Below are positions 1 through 9,554 of a DNA stretch of 64,000 nucleotides, piece by piece. Under the pieces are notes generated by a model. It ran no database searches. It saw only the letters and a program-made list of their open reading frames with translations, and had not been told where the DNA came from. The first letter of the stretch is position 1. The number at the start of each line of letters is the position of its first letter. Source of the DNA: a virus; the IMG/VR virus record IMGVR_UViG_3300031963_000063, positions 1-64,000 of that record; one strand, 5' to 3'. A program made the translations under genes and the position numbers.

Positions 1-3000
1 CAGAAATAATACCACCAAATCCATGGTTTCTATCAAAACTTAAAGTCGCAATTCCAGTAGAACTTGTAACAGTGGTAATACCTAAACCAAATCCAAAAGA
101 CTTAGCAAACTTATCAGTTGTTTCTCTAGTTAAACTATGCTTTTGATCATTTGTAACAACTTTACCTAGAGGTGTTCTTAATGCATATGATTTTGTCGAT
201 GGTGGGTTATCATTGATGTTGTCTCTATCTAACTGGGGATAAAGGTCAACAACGTTTTGAGTATAAGTGCTATCTGTAAATTCTTCTTCTACGGTGTTTG
301 ATGCATTTAATGCAAATAAATGATAAACACCATCTTTTTGCCCTTCAATATAATCAGAAATGACTACACTTCTGTAGATAATAAAATTATCCTTAACGTC
401 ATTTCTCTCAAATCTTGGCCAAGATGTATTTTTAGTTGTTGGGAATGTTGGGAATGTAGAAACCCCTGCAGTAATTTGATATGTAAATGACATATCATTT
501 ACTACAGATTTGACATCATACTTGCCATTATAACCATACCCAAATTCACCAAATGGGTTTAGAATAGAATCCTTAATACCGTAGATTTTAACGTCATTAC
601 CAACATTAAGATTGTGTGGTTTTTCAGTTTCAACCGTTACTGTATAGACACCATTAACAGCTGCAGACCTTGAACAACTTGAAATAAATCTTGGATTTTT
701 GTTATAGTTGTAATCAGAAGAAGTTAGATTTCTCGTAGTTGGTAAGATAAAGTCAGTATCATTTCTTACACCAGTAAAACTACTCTCTTGTATAATAAAA
801 CCAGGTTCTGGTGCTTTTGCACCTAAAAGTTCTTTTGGAATGACAACTCTAAGTTTGTAAAGTCTTTCATCTAAACTTCTTGTATCTGGAATTCTCTTAA
901 TATAAGATGCATCTGTTCTGATTTGATAACCACCGACACCAAGAGAACTTAATGTTGAGTAAATTGTATTATTTGTAGATTTTACATTGATATACCACTG
1001 TTTCTTGGTGTTATCAAACTGAACAGGGTGACCAAGATCACCAGCTTGCTTATCATGAACTCTACTAAGAATTTTTAACTTTATTCCGCCGTATACTGTT
1101 ACTGGAACTCCCAAACTTGCATCTGCTTGAGATGTTGCAAGTTGAACTTCTGTTGATTGTAACGTTACTCCATCTGTTCTTGTTGCATTAATTGCAGATG
1201 TAATGACATAATAAACCGTATGTTCTGTAATATTTTCTGGTAGGTCACCATCTATACTTTGAATTGTAACTTTCTCTGCATTTTCAAGAGTGTGGGCACC
1301 ACTTAAAACAAATCTATTATTACTTACTTGACTTACAGTATATTCTTTTGCACTTGAAGTAACTCCATCTGACATAACAATGTCAGCAGAATATTCAACC
1401 TTATTAATTGTTGCATATAATTTATCATTTACGGCACCACCAATGCGATATCCTTGAGTTAGAATTGGTGGTACATTATCTTGAGAGTTGAATCCAAATA
1501 GATATATTTTATTTCCAGATGGGTTGAAAGTTGGACTCGTTGTTACTCCAACATCAATTGCCTGCCAGTCAACGGTTTTTGGTGTACCAGTAATTGCTTT
1601 TGGTGTGACAACATTTGTTAAGAATAAATTATTATCTTTATCAAATGCCTTTGCTCTAAATCCATCTCCATTCAAGGAGATTTGACCAAAGTTGGAGTTG
1701 GAGTTTGTGATGCTATAGTCTGCACCAGATTCACCATCAAAATGTTTCGCAAATCCAATCGCAAAAACAGAAACAACCTGAATGAATGAATCATTAGATG
1801 CTTTAATATGAGAGGTTTCCCATCCTTTTCTGTAAATTGCAGAAGCATCTAGGTGATATGCGGTTCCAGGATCTGTTGATGATGATCTAGAAGATAGTTC
1901 TGCTCCTGTTACCTTAGATACACTAATACCAATATATTTTCTTGAGTCTTGGAAATATTTTACAAATGCACGGTCGTCTTTTTGTAGAGAAACACCAGTA
2001 AACTGAGCAACAACCATTGAACGGAAACCTGATGCCTTGCTACCATCAGCGTGCATACCGTTCATACCCCATACAGAACGTAAGGAGATATTAAAGATAT
2101 ATGGAGAAGCACCAGAAACAGTATCAGTTTCAATAACAACTGTTGCTGAAGAAATACTACCATTTAGATCAAGATCTCGTCTTGCATTTGGAATCAGGTA
2201 AGTAAATCTAGTGTCACTTAAAACTGTCTGAACTTTTGTTGAAATATTATAATCAGTAGGAACTACGTTTCTAATTTTAATAGGTGTCCCTTCGTTAAAT
2301 TCGTGAGGAACAGAAGTTGTGACAGTAACTAAATTACTTCCAGAAGAACTAATACTGATTGAGGCAAGTGGAATTACGTCACTATCAAATGCACCTACAA
2401 TTTCCCATTCTGGACGTTGTTTTGCAAATCCACCTGCATCTGCTGGGTATTTCTGATCGATTTCTCTAGTACCAGCACTAGTGCCATATGCATTCGATAA
2501 CTTGGCATAGTACATATCCAGGTCAGTAAGACCCGTATTACCATATTTGTTTACGCCATCAACATATTCAAAACAAGTTAGTTTATGGTGAGAAAATGTT
2601 GGTTTTGCAGTATCAGTAAAATCAGTTGGGTTAGTATATGCTAATTCAGTTTCTCGTGCATCAAAGAATGAAAACTGCCATAAGTAACATGCACCAGTTA
2701 CTCTAAAAATAGCAGACTTTGCGGCAGATGGATCTGTTGGGTTTGGGATATATTTTGGTCTAACCTTTGTCTTTCTTAAGTCAAGACCAACAATAGATAC
2801 ACCTCTTGGTACAATAACACCACCGTAGATGCTATTGAATTTATATAAAATGTTATCAACTTGTGTCAAATCAAAGTTTGATGACAGTGATAAACCTAAT
2901 GCCGACGATGCTGTTGGATTGCTGCCACTAATACTCTGATCTGGTGCTACAACTTTTGCCGTTCCACCATCATTATAAAGTCTAAAACCAGGTCTATTAT

Positions 3001-3241
3001 CAATTAAATGCTCACCAGGTAATAGTAAAATAGTCGTTTTTTCTGTAATATCATTATCATCACCCTTTACATATGAAAATCTTGCTGCCTCTAAAAGTGC
3101 CCTTTGAATTGTTTTAAAAGGTCTCGCAAGTGAATTTCCCTGATTATCAATACTATCAGTGGAATCAAGATCACTTGGACTTACATAAAGAATACGCCCA
3201 TCAGTATTCTTTATAAAATTATCTAACTTATTAAGAGGCAT
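1..3241 (-). CDS. Large conserved cyanophage virion structural protein, truncated at the left edge
   Basis: Not in the ORF track. Manual translation from ATG 3241 gives MPLNKLDNFIKNTDGRILYVSPSDLDSTDSIDNQGNSLARPFKTIQRALLEAARFSY..., a recognisable cyanomyovirus structural-protein N-terminus (YV...GNS...PFKTIQRAL). A late-promoter-like CATAAATA lies upstream at about 3274-3281. Confidence 0.85.
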   Translation of the reverse strand, partial: MPLNKLDNFIKNTDGRILYVSPSDLDSTDSIDNQGNSLARPFKTIQRALLEAARFSYVKGDDNDITEKTTILLLPGEHLIDNRPGFRLYNDGGTAKVVAPDQSISGSNPTASSALGLSLSSNFDLTQVDNILYKFNSIYGGVIVPRGVSIVGLDLRKTKVRPKYIPNPTDPSAAKSAIFRVTGACYLWQFSFFDARETELAYTNPTDFTDTAKPTFSHHKLTCFEYVDGVNKYGNTGLTDLDMYYAKLSNAYGTSAGTREIDQKYPADAGGFAKQRPEWEIVGAFDSDVIPLASISISSSGSNLVTVTTSVPHEFNEGTPIKIRNVVPTDYNISTKVQTVLSDTRFTYLIPNARRDLDLNGSISSATVVIETDTVSGASPYIFNISLRSVWGMNGMHADGSKASGFRSMVVAQFTGVSLQKDDRAFVKYFQDSRKYIGISVSKVTGAELSSRSSSTDPGTAYHLDASAIYRKGWETSHIKASNDSFIQVVSVFAIGFAKHFDGESGADYSITNSNSNFGQISLNGDGFRAKAFDKDNNLFLTNVVTPKAITGTPKTVDWQAIDVGVTTSPTFNPSGNKIYLFGFNSQDNVPPILTQGYRIGGAVNDKLYATINKVEYSADIVMSDGVTSSAKEYTVSQVSNNRFVLSGAHTLENAEKVTIQSIDGDLPENITEHTVYYVITSAINATRTDGVTLQSTEVQLATSQADASLGVPVTVYGGIKLKILSRVHDKQAGDLGHPVQFDNTKKQWYINVKSTNNTIYSTLSSLGVGGYQIRTDASYIKRIPDTRSLDERLYKLRVVIPKELLGAKAPEPGFIIQESSFTGVRNDTDFILPTTRNLTSSDYNYNKNPRFISSCSRSAAVNGVYTVTVETEKPHNLNVGNDVKIYGIKDSILNPFGEFGYGYNGKYDVKSVVNDMSFTYQITAGVSTFPTFPTTKNTSWPRFERNDVKDNFIIYRSVVISDYIEGQKDGVYHLFALNASNTVEEEFTDSTYTQNVVDLYPQLDRDNINDNPPSTKSYALRTPLGKVVTNDQKHSLTRETTDKFAKSFGFGLGITTVTSSTGIATLSFDRNHGFGGIIS

Positions 3242-3276
3242 TTTATTACGACTTTTAATTGTTTTCTATCTTTTAT

Positions 3277-3597
3277 TTATGAAGTCAAATCTTCCTCGTC
3301 ATATTCAAATTCAATATCATCAGGCATATCTTCAGGGTTCTCTAACTCAACTGGGAAGAAACAAGGGTGTACTTCTTCATCTATCAAGTAGAAAGAATTT
3401 CTATACAAATCATCTGGTTCAAATGATCTGTTCTTATCTGCTTCTCTACAAAGATCCTGATCATACAAATGACCTTCTGGCATTTCATCAAACGTAAAAG
3501 GTATATGATTGATGAAATACATTTTCACAATCATACTGCCATTATTGTACCAGCAGTATGCAGAATCGATACGATAAGACATAGGAAAAATTCCCAT
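3277..3597 (-). CDS. Conserved cyanophage hypothetical protein with acidic C-terminus
   Basis: ORF track; alternative start MSYRID at 3582; AATAAATA late-type promoter at 3604-3611. Confidence 0.75.
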   Translation of the reverse strand: MGIFPMSYRIDSAYCWYNNGSMIVKMYFINHIPFTFDEMPEGHLYDQDLCREADKNRSFEPDDLYRNSFYLIDEEVHPCFFPVELENPEDMPDDIEFEYDEEDLTS

Positions 3598-3616
3598 ATC
3601 TTATATTTATTTTCAG

Positions 3617-3700
3617 TAGGGCGAGGGGGAATCGAACCCCCACGGGAATACTCCCAGCAGATTTTAAGTCTGATACGGCTACCAGTTACGTCACCGCCCC
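3617..3700 (-). tRNA. trnL: tRNA-Leu(UAA), intronless, no encoded CCA
   Basis: Minus strand GGGGCGG...TCAGA-CTTAAAA-TCTG, long variable arm, GGTTCGATTCC T-loop, acceptor 3' strand TCGCCCT-A. Confidence 0.93.
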
Positions 3701-3712
3701 GTGTATGGGACC

Positions 3713-3741
3713 ATTATAACTCAGAGAGTTGTAGTGGTCAA
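3713..3741 (-). promoter_or_regulatory. Sigma70-type (early) promoter for tRNA-Leu
   Basis: TTGACC-17 nt-TATAAT, 12 nt upstream of the tRNA 5' end. Confidence 0.85.
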
Positions 3742-3742
3742 G

Positions 3743-3815
3743 TGCTGGTTGTCGGGATCGAACCGACCTGTCTTGCCTTATGAGGGCAGTGCTTTCGCCA
3801 GAGAGCTAAACCAGC
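3743..3815 (-). tRNA. tRNA with CAU anticodon (elongator Met or lysidine-type Ile2; not initiator-like)
   Basis: GCTGGTT/AACCAGC acceptor with G1-C72 paired; CTGCC-CTCATAA-GGCAA anticodon arm; GGTTCGATCC T-loop. Confidence 0.88.
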
Positions 3816-4192
3816 TATTTTATATTCAACGCTCGATAAGTAGGAGTTAATGAATGACAGTTAGGGCATAATACTCGAAGATTGTCTTTACTAGCATTCT
3901 TCCTATTACCATCAATGTGGTCGATTTCTAGTGTTGTATTTCCAGAAACTGGATTGACACCTGCCCAACTACATTGAGAGCATTTGTATCCTGCTTCTTC
4001 TAGCAAATGTCTTCTAACATAACCAGAGAGTGAATTACCCCTTATTATACCAGATTTTGTGCCATTCAACCATTCAGTGATATATTCACGATCTTGGTTG
4101 TCTTGCTGACATTTACGAGAACAGTATTTACCTGTCGATTGTGACGGCATATACTTAAAGTTTTTTTCACAAGATAAACACTTACCAATCAT
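3815..4192 (-). CDS. HNH homing endonuclease with N-terminal Zn-binding motif
   Basis: CxxC...YCSRKC N-terminus and CSQC...LEIDHIDGNRKNASKDNLRVLCPNCH HNH core; lies between tRNA genes. Confidence 0.9.
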   Translation of the reverse strand: MIGKCLSCEKNFKYMPSQSTGKYCSRKCQQDNQDREYITEWLNGTKSGIIRGNSLSGYVRRHLLEEAGYKCSQCSWAGVNPVSGNTTLEIDHIDGNRKNASKDNLRVLCPNCHSLTPTYRALNIK

Positions 4193-4201
4193 TGAACTAT
4201 A

Positions 4202-4237
4202 AGTTAGAACAATAGTATTTATACGATTGTTCTAACT
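4202..4237 (-). promoter_or_regulatory. 12-bp hairpin with a T4 late promoter (TATAAATA) in its loop, upstream of the HNH gene
   Basis: Perfect inverted repeat AGTTAGAACAAT-[CGTATAAATACT]-ATTGTTCTAACT, ending 9 nt before the ATG. Confidence 0.85.
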
Positions 4238-4239
4238 AA

Positions 4240-4311
4240 TGGGAATGCTGGGACTTGAACCCAGTTCTACCGCTTATAAGGCGATGGCCTTAACCCATAG
4301 GCGACACTCCC
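4240..4311 (-). tRNA. trnI: tRNA-Ile(UAU)
   Basis: GGGAGTG/CATTCCC acceptor; ATCGC-CTTATAA-GCGGT anticodon arm (TAT); GGTTCAAGTCC T-loop. Confidence 0.9.
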
Positions 4312-4327
4312 ATAAAAACCCTGAAGA

Positions 4328-4498
4328 TCAGGGTGCTTCGTCGTGCTCAGTGTGTATTCGCACAAAGTCATCATCCGCAGGTATCATCACAGCAGCTCTA
4401 CCTTCTTCATCCACAATTCCTAACGTCTCTCCATTCTCAACTCTTTTGATTAATTCATCCCATCGTTCTTGAAATTCTTCCACGGTAAAAATTTCCAT
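4328..4498 (-). CDS. Phd/YefM antitoxin-like small protein (56 aa)
   Basis: Manual translation MEIFTVEEFQERWDELIKRVENGETLGIVDEEGRAAVMIPADDD... fits the Phd/YefM pattern; TATAAATA at 4505-4512. Confidence 0.7.
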   Translation of the reverse strand: MEIFTVEEFQERWDELIKRVENGETLGIVDEEGRAAVMIPADDDFVRIHTEHDEAP

Positions 4499-4514
4499 TT
4501 TGGATATTTATAAA

Positions 4515-4712
4515 TCAGAGAGGATTGGAATATGCAAGACAATCATCACTGACTTGATCACGAACAACTTCTAGTACATTCATGAATTGATCTACGGTCT
4601 CACACTCCACAACTCGTTCGTTACCTTCACTCGAATACAAATAGAACTTACGTGCCAAAGTATCGACAACACAACGACTCAGGATTTCTTCGGTGGGCAT
4701 TGGGTGATTCAT
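4515..4712 (-). CDS. Small hypothetical early protein
   Basis: ORF track; directly downstream of a consensus sigma70 promoter. Confidence 0.75.
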   Translation of the reverse strand: MNHPMPTEEILSRCVVDTLARKFYLYSSEGNERVVECETVDQFMNVLEVVRDQVSDDCLAYSNPL

Positions 4713-4726
4713 TTGATTACCCCCAT

Positions 4727-4755
4727 ATTATAGGGGGTCTTGGTCCTGGTGTCAA
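4727..4755 (-). promoter_or_regulatory. Consensus sigma70 early promoter
   Basis: TTGACA-17 nt-TATAAT. Confidence 0.9.
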
Positions 4756-4762
4756 GGGGGTC

Positions 4763-5698
4763 TTAGGAAAAACTTTGAACTGCAGCAATTGCCGATGTAT
4801 TTTTAGTTTTTCTTGCGGTAACTCTTTCTCTTAAATTTTTACATCCCCAATTTTGAAGTTCTTTCTCTTTTTTTGTATTTTTTACGGCATTTAAATTCGT
4901 TCTATTTACTGCAGCATCTCGTTGTGCTCTTAAAGATACAATTTGTGCTTGAAGTGCTGTAATTGAATTGGCAATTGATACACAAGTTGCACCAGGTACT
5001 GTTGCTCCAGTATAGTAAACATTAGGGACAGTTGAAATACGTCTGGCACTGTGATCTGTCGTTATTCCAGACACATCAAATCTTCCTTGACTTGTAACTA
5101 ATGATCCACCATCATCTTGCTTTACATTTTCATAACCATATCCAGCATAAGATGTTGATAGTGTTACAGTATCATCCGGATCAAAGGGATCTTCTGCGGC
5201 AAAATTTTGATTTGGTCCAGACATACTTTGAAATATCTTTAATGCATCTCTATCTTGATTGATTACGGTATAAGTGGCAAGATCTGTAGTTACTCCCGAA
5301 CATATTGTATTACCAGGCAATGTGGTGCTGCAAGCAACTCCAGGCCAGCAGTTTCCACTAGTTGCTTGTGCAGATAACGTTGCAATTTGAGATTTTAATT
5401 CATTAATCTGTGCATTGAATGATATAATTGTATTATCAGGAATTGCACAAAACTGTTGAAGAGTTTTGACATCATCCTCAATTTGCTGTTCAACTTTTCC
5501 AACTACACTCTCATCATATAAACCACTATCTTCTTCTACTTCTTCTTTTGACCAAGTTCCATTAGCATTTTGAATGATGTTCACTTTCATCATCTTTGTT
5601 GGTGCCGTAACATCAGATTGTTTATCAAAGACACCGTTTAATTGATTTTGCTCATTCTCAAAAACTTTAAGAGCATTATTTCTTAAATTTTCATCCAT
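4763..5698 (-). CDS. Hypothetical virion/baseplate-associated coiled-coil protein
   Basis: 311-aa ORF at the end of the baseplate operon with two coiled-coil-like segments. Confidence 0.7.
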   Translation of the reverse strand: MDENLRNNALKVFENEQNQLNGVFDKQSDVTAPTKMMKVNIIQNANGTWSKEEVEEDSGLYDESVVGKVEQQIEDDVKTLQQFCAIPDNTIISFNAQINELKSQIATLSAQATSGNCWPGVACSTTLPGNTICSGVTTDLATYTVINQDRDALKIFQSMSGPNQNFAAEDPFDPDDTVTLSTSYAGYGYENVKQDDGGSLVTSQGRFDVSGITTDHSARRISTVPNVYYTGATVPGATCVSIANSITALQAQIVSLRAQRDAAVNRTNLNAVKNTKKEKELQNWGCKNLRERVTARKTKNTSAIAAVQSFS

Positions 5699-5722
5699 TT
5701 AATTGAATCATCGTAATAATTT

Positions 5723-6517
5723 TTATTTATTTCCTTCTAGGTCTGTTATTCTTTGCTTTAGTTCTTCAATTTGTTGTTGTTGTTCTTTAATTGCTTCAAT
5801 TAAAACAGCTGTTAAATTTCCATATTCAACAGTTTTTAAATCTTCATTTTCTATTTTTTCTCTAACAACAACTTCTGGAATAACTTTTTCAACTTCTTGA
5901 GCAATAAGTCCAATTGCAATATCTTGTTTTTTTGCTCTACCAGGTACGACATCAGGATTCCAACTAAAAGAAACTCCTCTTAAACTTAATACTTTTTCAA
6001 GAGAATTTTCTAAATTAACAACGTTGGTTTTTGATCTTTGATCTGATGGGCACGGAGCACAAATAGTAGATCCGTTGTAAAGCCATGCACCTTTAAGTTT
6101 TCCTGCAGGTGATTTTAAATCCATTGTGAATGCGTTTGCATCAAATTTTGGAGCAACTGTACTCCACTCAGGAACTGCGGCAGCTTTAATTCCATTAAGT
6201 TCAGAATTAACACCATTATAAGATATGTCTAATGCTCCAAGAGAAATGTTTGATCCAATTTTGATGTCAGATCCAAAACAATTTCTAATACCAGTTAGTT
6301 GTTCAAGTCCAATCGTATTAATTGATAATGGTGAAGTTGCTGAAGGACCGACTACCAATGAAGCAGCAAAAGGAGTTGCCATTGCACCTTGACCACAGTG
6401 CAATTTATGAATTGATGCAGTTCCAGGTTCCCAAAATCCTTTTGGAATTACAAGTGCTCCACCAACTAGAGGATTAAAAACATCTAATGTACCAACATCT
6501 AGAGTATCAAAAGCCAT
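5723..6517 (-). CDS. Spike/fibre-like protein with C-terminal intramolecular chaperone (peptidase S74)
   Basis: SDQRSKTNV...LRGVSFSW...GLIAQEVEKVIPEVV...VEYGNLTAVLIEAIKEQQQQIEELK. Confidence 0.85.
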   Translation of the reverse strand: MAFDTLDVGTLDVFNPLVGGALVIPKGFWEPGTASIHKLHCGQGAMATPFAASLVVGPSATSPLSINTIGLEQLTGIRNCFGSDIKIGSNISLGALDISYNGVNSELNGIKAAAVPEWSTVAPKFDANAFTMDLKSPAGKLKGAWLYNGSTICAPCPSDQRSKTNVVNLENSLEKVLSLRGVSFSWNPDVVPGRAKKQDIAIGLIAQEVEKVIPEVVVREKIENEDLKTVEYGNLTAVLIEAIKEQQQQIEELKQRITDLEGNK

Positions 6518-6526
6518 AAATTCTCC

Positions 6527-7114
6527 TTATTTGCAACTAAGTGCGATTCCATCAATTAGATCCTTAACTGGACCTGGAATAAAATTTCCTAAAACACCAG
6601 CAAGTGGTGATCCTTTACTTATATCCTTACATAACATGTAAATAATACCATCGGCATTGAAAGTGATTGAATCTGGAGTTGACATGCAGATTTTTGCACC
6701 ACCCAAAGTCATTTGCTCTCCAGCAGTCATGGTAATTGCTTCGTTTGCTTTTACCATAAATGAACCATCATTGCCATCTCCAATGGTCTCAATGAAAATA
6801 TTCTTTGCTTTTAACTTAATATTTCCATTCTCGGCAATAATTGAGATATCACCTTCCTCAACAATAATTGATTTGGTTACGTTCTCTTTTTCTTTTTGTT
6901 TTCGATCATCTCCAGGTTTTTGTCCTTTGATGATCTCATGAGAAGTTCCACGAACTATTTCACCCTTGTTTCCATCCTTGGTATGAGTTTGATTATACCC
7001 ATTTGTTAATGAAACAGTGTATTGAAGTCCTGGATCTTTTTTCTTCTCTGCTCCTGGACCAAAGAATACTTTTCCGTATGGGTTATCACTAAGTAACCAT
7101 TCTGGTTTTGACAT
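6527..7114 (-). CDS. gp5 C-terminal beta-helix-like baseplate spike protein
   Basis: GDISIIAENGNIKLKAKNIFIE beta-repeats; position downstream of the gp5-like genes. Confidence 0.65.
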   Translation of the reverse strand: MSKPEWLLSDNPYGKVFFGPGAEKKKDPGLQYTVSLTNGYNQTHTKDGNKGEIVRGTSHEIIKGQKPGDDRKQKEKENVTKSIIVEEGDISIIAENGNIKLKAKNIFIETIGDGNDGSFMVKANEAITMTAGEQMTLGGAKICMSTPDSITFNADGIIYMLCKDISKGSPLAGVLGNFIPGPVKDLIDGIALSCK

Positions 7115-7117
7115 ATT

Positions 7118-9514
7118 TTACCTCACGCAATCAATAACTCTGATGATGTTTCTCTGCCCAGTTTGAGTTGTTGCTCCAAGTTCATCATCTGTGGCAACTC
7201 TACTTTTAACAGTAGCATCTCGACGTGTCGTTGGATCTAGAACCCTTCTACTTCCTGAGTCGATAGAAATATTTGGAGTTGCATTAGGATCTACTTGTTG
7301 TGTACCATCACCAGGGAGTGGATTGACTCTAATAATTTCAAACACAGGTTTAATCTCGACTCCAGCACCAGCATCACTATTTATTTCTATTTCAGGGATG
7401 TCCGTAATACCACAAATTCTGTTTGAAAGTTGTATGTCAATAATTTGTCCAGATTCTGTCATTTTAACAACTGCCTTAAGACCTTCAAGATTGGGAGTGA
7501 TCTTAACAGTATCAGTTGGTTTATATCCAATACCTGTTGAAAGAATTTTAAATCCAGATAAACAGACGTTGTAATCATTAACTCTTGTTCTGGTTGGATC
7601 AGGATCTATTGGTTCATCAAATTCATTCAATCCTGTTGGTTGACTTACATATCCAGCACCTGAATTTACAACTACAATGTTAGTAACTTCTCCATCATCA
7701 TTAATTTCTGCATATGCCGAAGCGTAATTTCCATTCTCACAGGGATCTAATATCGTGACAAAAGGAGGACTGCTATAATTAGATCCACCAAAGACCAGAT
7801 CAACTCCAACAATTCTACCAATTCGATCTACTACGGCATTACCAATCGCACCAGATCCACCACCACCAAAGATTTCAACTGATGGAGGACCACATCTAAA
7901 TGGTGCCGTATCACATTGAGTGATGCTATCTGGAATTGTGCCATCATATTGCCCTAGTGTTCCACCAAAAATTGGTAGATCTTTTGTCCATCCAGTTGCA
8001 CCTTCAATGATTTGAGAATCGGATGGAATTGGTAAGAAGTTATTAAAATTGTCAATATCCTGTTGATTTGGACCGTCCTTCAGAGGATTACCTATGAAAC
8101 TTTTAACCTGCGGACAGTTTGGCTTTGCACACAAGAATGATTCAAATCCAAGAATAAAATCAAGTGCCTGGAAGACTGATCCTGCAATTTTACCAACACC
8201 ACCTAGTACATCATTGATTTGATCAAGTATAGGACCGATTGCCTTATCAATATCTGATGCTAACTTATTGATTAGAGAATTTGTCCACTGTTCTGCAGCA
8301 CAAAAAGGAATATTAACAACTTTACCAATGAGTTCAAATAAGAAATCACCGACCATTTGTGCCAATCCCTTGACAATATCTTTGAACTTACAAAAAATTG
8401 TATCGACGACTTTTTGTACGATAGTATTCTTAATTGCCTTGGCAACTGTTGGTATAAGAATATCGAGGAGATCTTGTATACCTGCTCTGATTTTTCCGAT
8501 TAGATAGTTTCTCAATCTCTGAATAAGAATTTTAAGAATAGCAGCAATAATACTTCCAGTGTTACGAATCAAACTACTGATCTGACCAATTTTATTGATT
8601 GTTCCATTAACATATAGTTGACCGTACTTTTTAATCTTCTTGAGAGTTTTGAAGAAACTGAGTAGTGCGGTATTGATTCCAGCAAGTTCTGATGTTCCGC
8701 AAGGATCTGGTTGAACTCTTTCCTTTTGATACGTTTGTAGAGCTTCTTGGAATGCTGTTGAATTGATATATTCTTCACACTTGGGAGGATCTACATATCC
8801 AACTCCCTTGTCAGTTTGTAATGTTTTACATGCTGCAGATTTTCTCTTTGCTTTTTCTTTGTCAATTGAATCAAGAATATTTTGAGTTGATTTAAACAGT
8901 TCTTGCTGCTCTGGAGTCCAGGTATCACTACCTTGCTCATTTAATTGTGCAACTACATCATTATTACCCTTTGCAATTCTATCAATTGTTTCGTCCGAAA
9001 CATTTGCCCATACAGGATCTGGTTGAATTGGAGTATCTGGGACAAATACTGATGGTTGCTCTGAATACGTTCGTGCATTTGGACTACTAGCAATTTTTCG
9101 TCTAATACGATTTGCTATGTCGGCACTCATCTCACCAACAATTCTTTCATTAGTTTGTTCATTGATTGCAATATATGCAGATCCATCAGAACTTACTTTT
9201 ATAGTTGTTGGTTTTCCTTCAAGATCAAGTCCAGTAAATGTATTTCCAGCAAGATCTGTTCCTGGTCTTGGTTTTCTGGGTGGTGATACTGGTCCTTGAG
9301 TTACATTTACTCCAGCAGGAATTGAAACCTTTTTTTGTGTTGGTATGTTTGGTATCTGACCTTTTGATTCTATTTCTTTAACTACATCATAATTTTCTAC
9401 AAACGTTGCCGTATAATTATCAGGTCCAAGTAAATACCACTGTGGTTTATTTTCTACTTGAACGTATATTTTTCCACCAATTACTTTAGTTTTGGTTACG
9501 TTATTTACAGACAT
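7118..9514 (-). CDS. Baseplate hub protein, C-terminal part of cyanophage gp5-like protein
   Basis: Helical Cys-containing region followed by CGPPSVEIFGGGGSGA...GSNYSSPPFV repeats, ending VIDCV; has its own late promoter and SD. Confidence 0.7.
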   Translation of the reverse strand: MSVNNVTKTKVIGGKIYVQVENKPQWYLLGPDNYTATFVENYDVVKEIESKGQIPNIPTQKKVSIPAGVNVTQGPVSPPRKPRPGTDLAGNTFTGLDLEGKPTTIKVSSDGSAYIAINEQTNERIVGEMSADIANRIRRKIASSPNARTYSEQPSVFVPDTPIQPDPVWANVSDETIDRIAKGNNDVVAQLNEQGSDTWTPEQQELFKSTQNILDSIDKEKAKRKSAACKTLQTDKGVGYVDPPKCEEYINSTAFQEALQTYQKERVQPDPCGTSELAGINTALLSFFKTLKKIKKYGQLYVNGTINKIGQISSLIRNTGSIIAAILKILIQRLRNYLIGKIRAGIQDLLDILIPTVAKAIKNTIVQKVVDTIFCKFKDIVKGLAQMVGDFLFELIGKVVNIPFCAAEQWTNSLINKLASDIDKAIGPILDQINDVLGGVGKIAGSVFQALDFILGFESFLCAKPNCPQVKSFIGNPLKDGPNQQDIDNFNNFLPIPSDSQIIEGATGWTKDLPIFGGTLGQYDGTIPDSITQCDTAPFRCGPPSVEIFGGGGSGAIGNAVVDRIGRIVGVDLVFGGSNYSSPPFVTILDPCENGNYASAYAEINDDGEVTNIVVVNSGAGYVSQPTGLNEFDEPIDPDPTRTRVNDYNVCLSGFKILSTGIGYKPTDTVKITPNLEGLKAVVKMTESGQIIDIQLSNRICGITDIPEIEINSDAGAGVEIKPVFEIIRVNPLPGDGTQQVDPNATPNISIDSGSRRVLDPTTRRDATVKSRVATDDELGATTQTGQRNIIRVIDCVR

Positions 9515-9523
9515 TTATATTTT

Positions 9524-9547
9524 CACCTCCTTATTCTGATATTTATG
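9524..9547 (-). promoter_or_regulatory. Late promoter (CATAAATA) plus strong SD (AAGGAGGTG)
   Basis: CATAAATA at 9540-9547; SD at 9524-9532, 9 nt before ATG 9514. Confidence 0.7.
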
Positions 9548-9554
9548 GGTCATA

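Noticed and set aside
3617-3700. Group I intron in tRNA-Leu(UAA), as found in many cyanobacteria
   Set aside because: The anticodon loop is contiguous and the gene is only 84 nt.
3469-3783. Plus-strand ORFs over the tRNA region (also 4239-4472)
   Set aside because: They overlap clear tRNA genes on the opposite strand.
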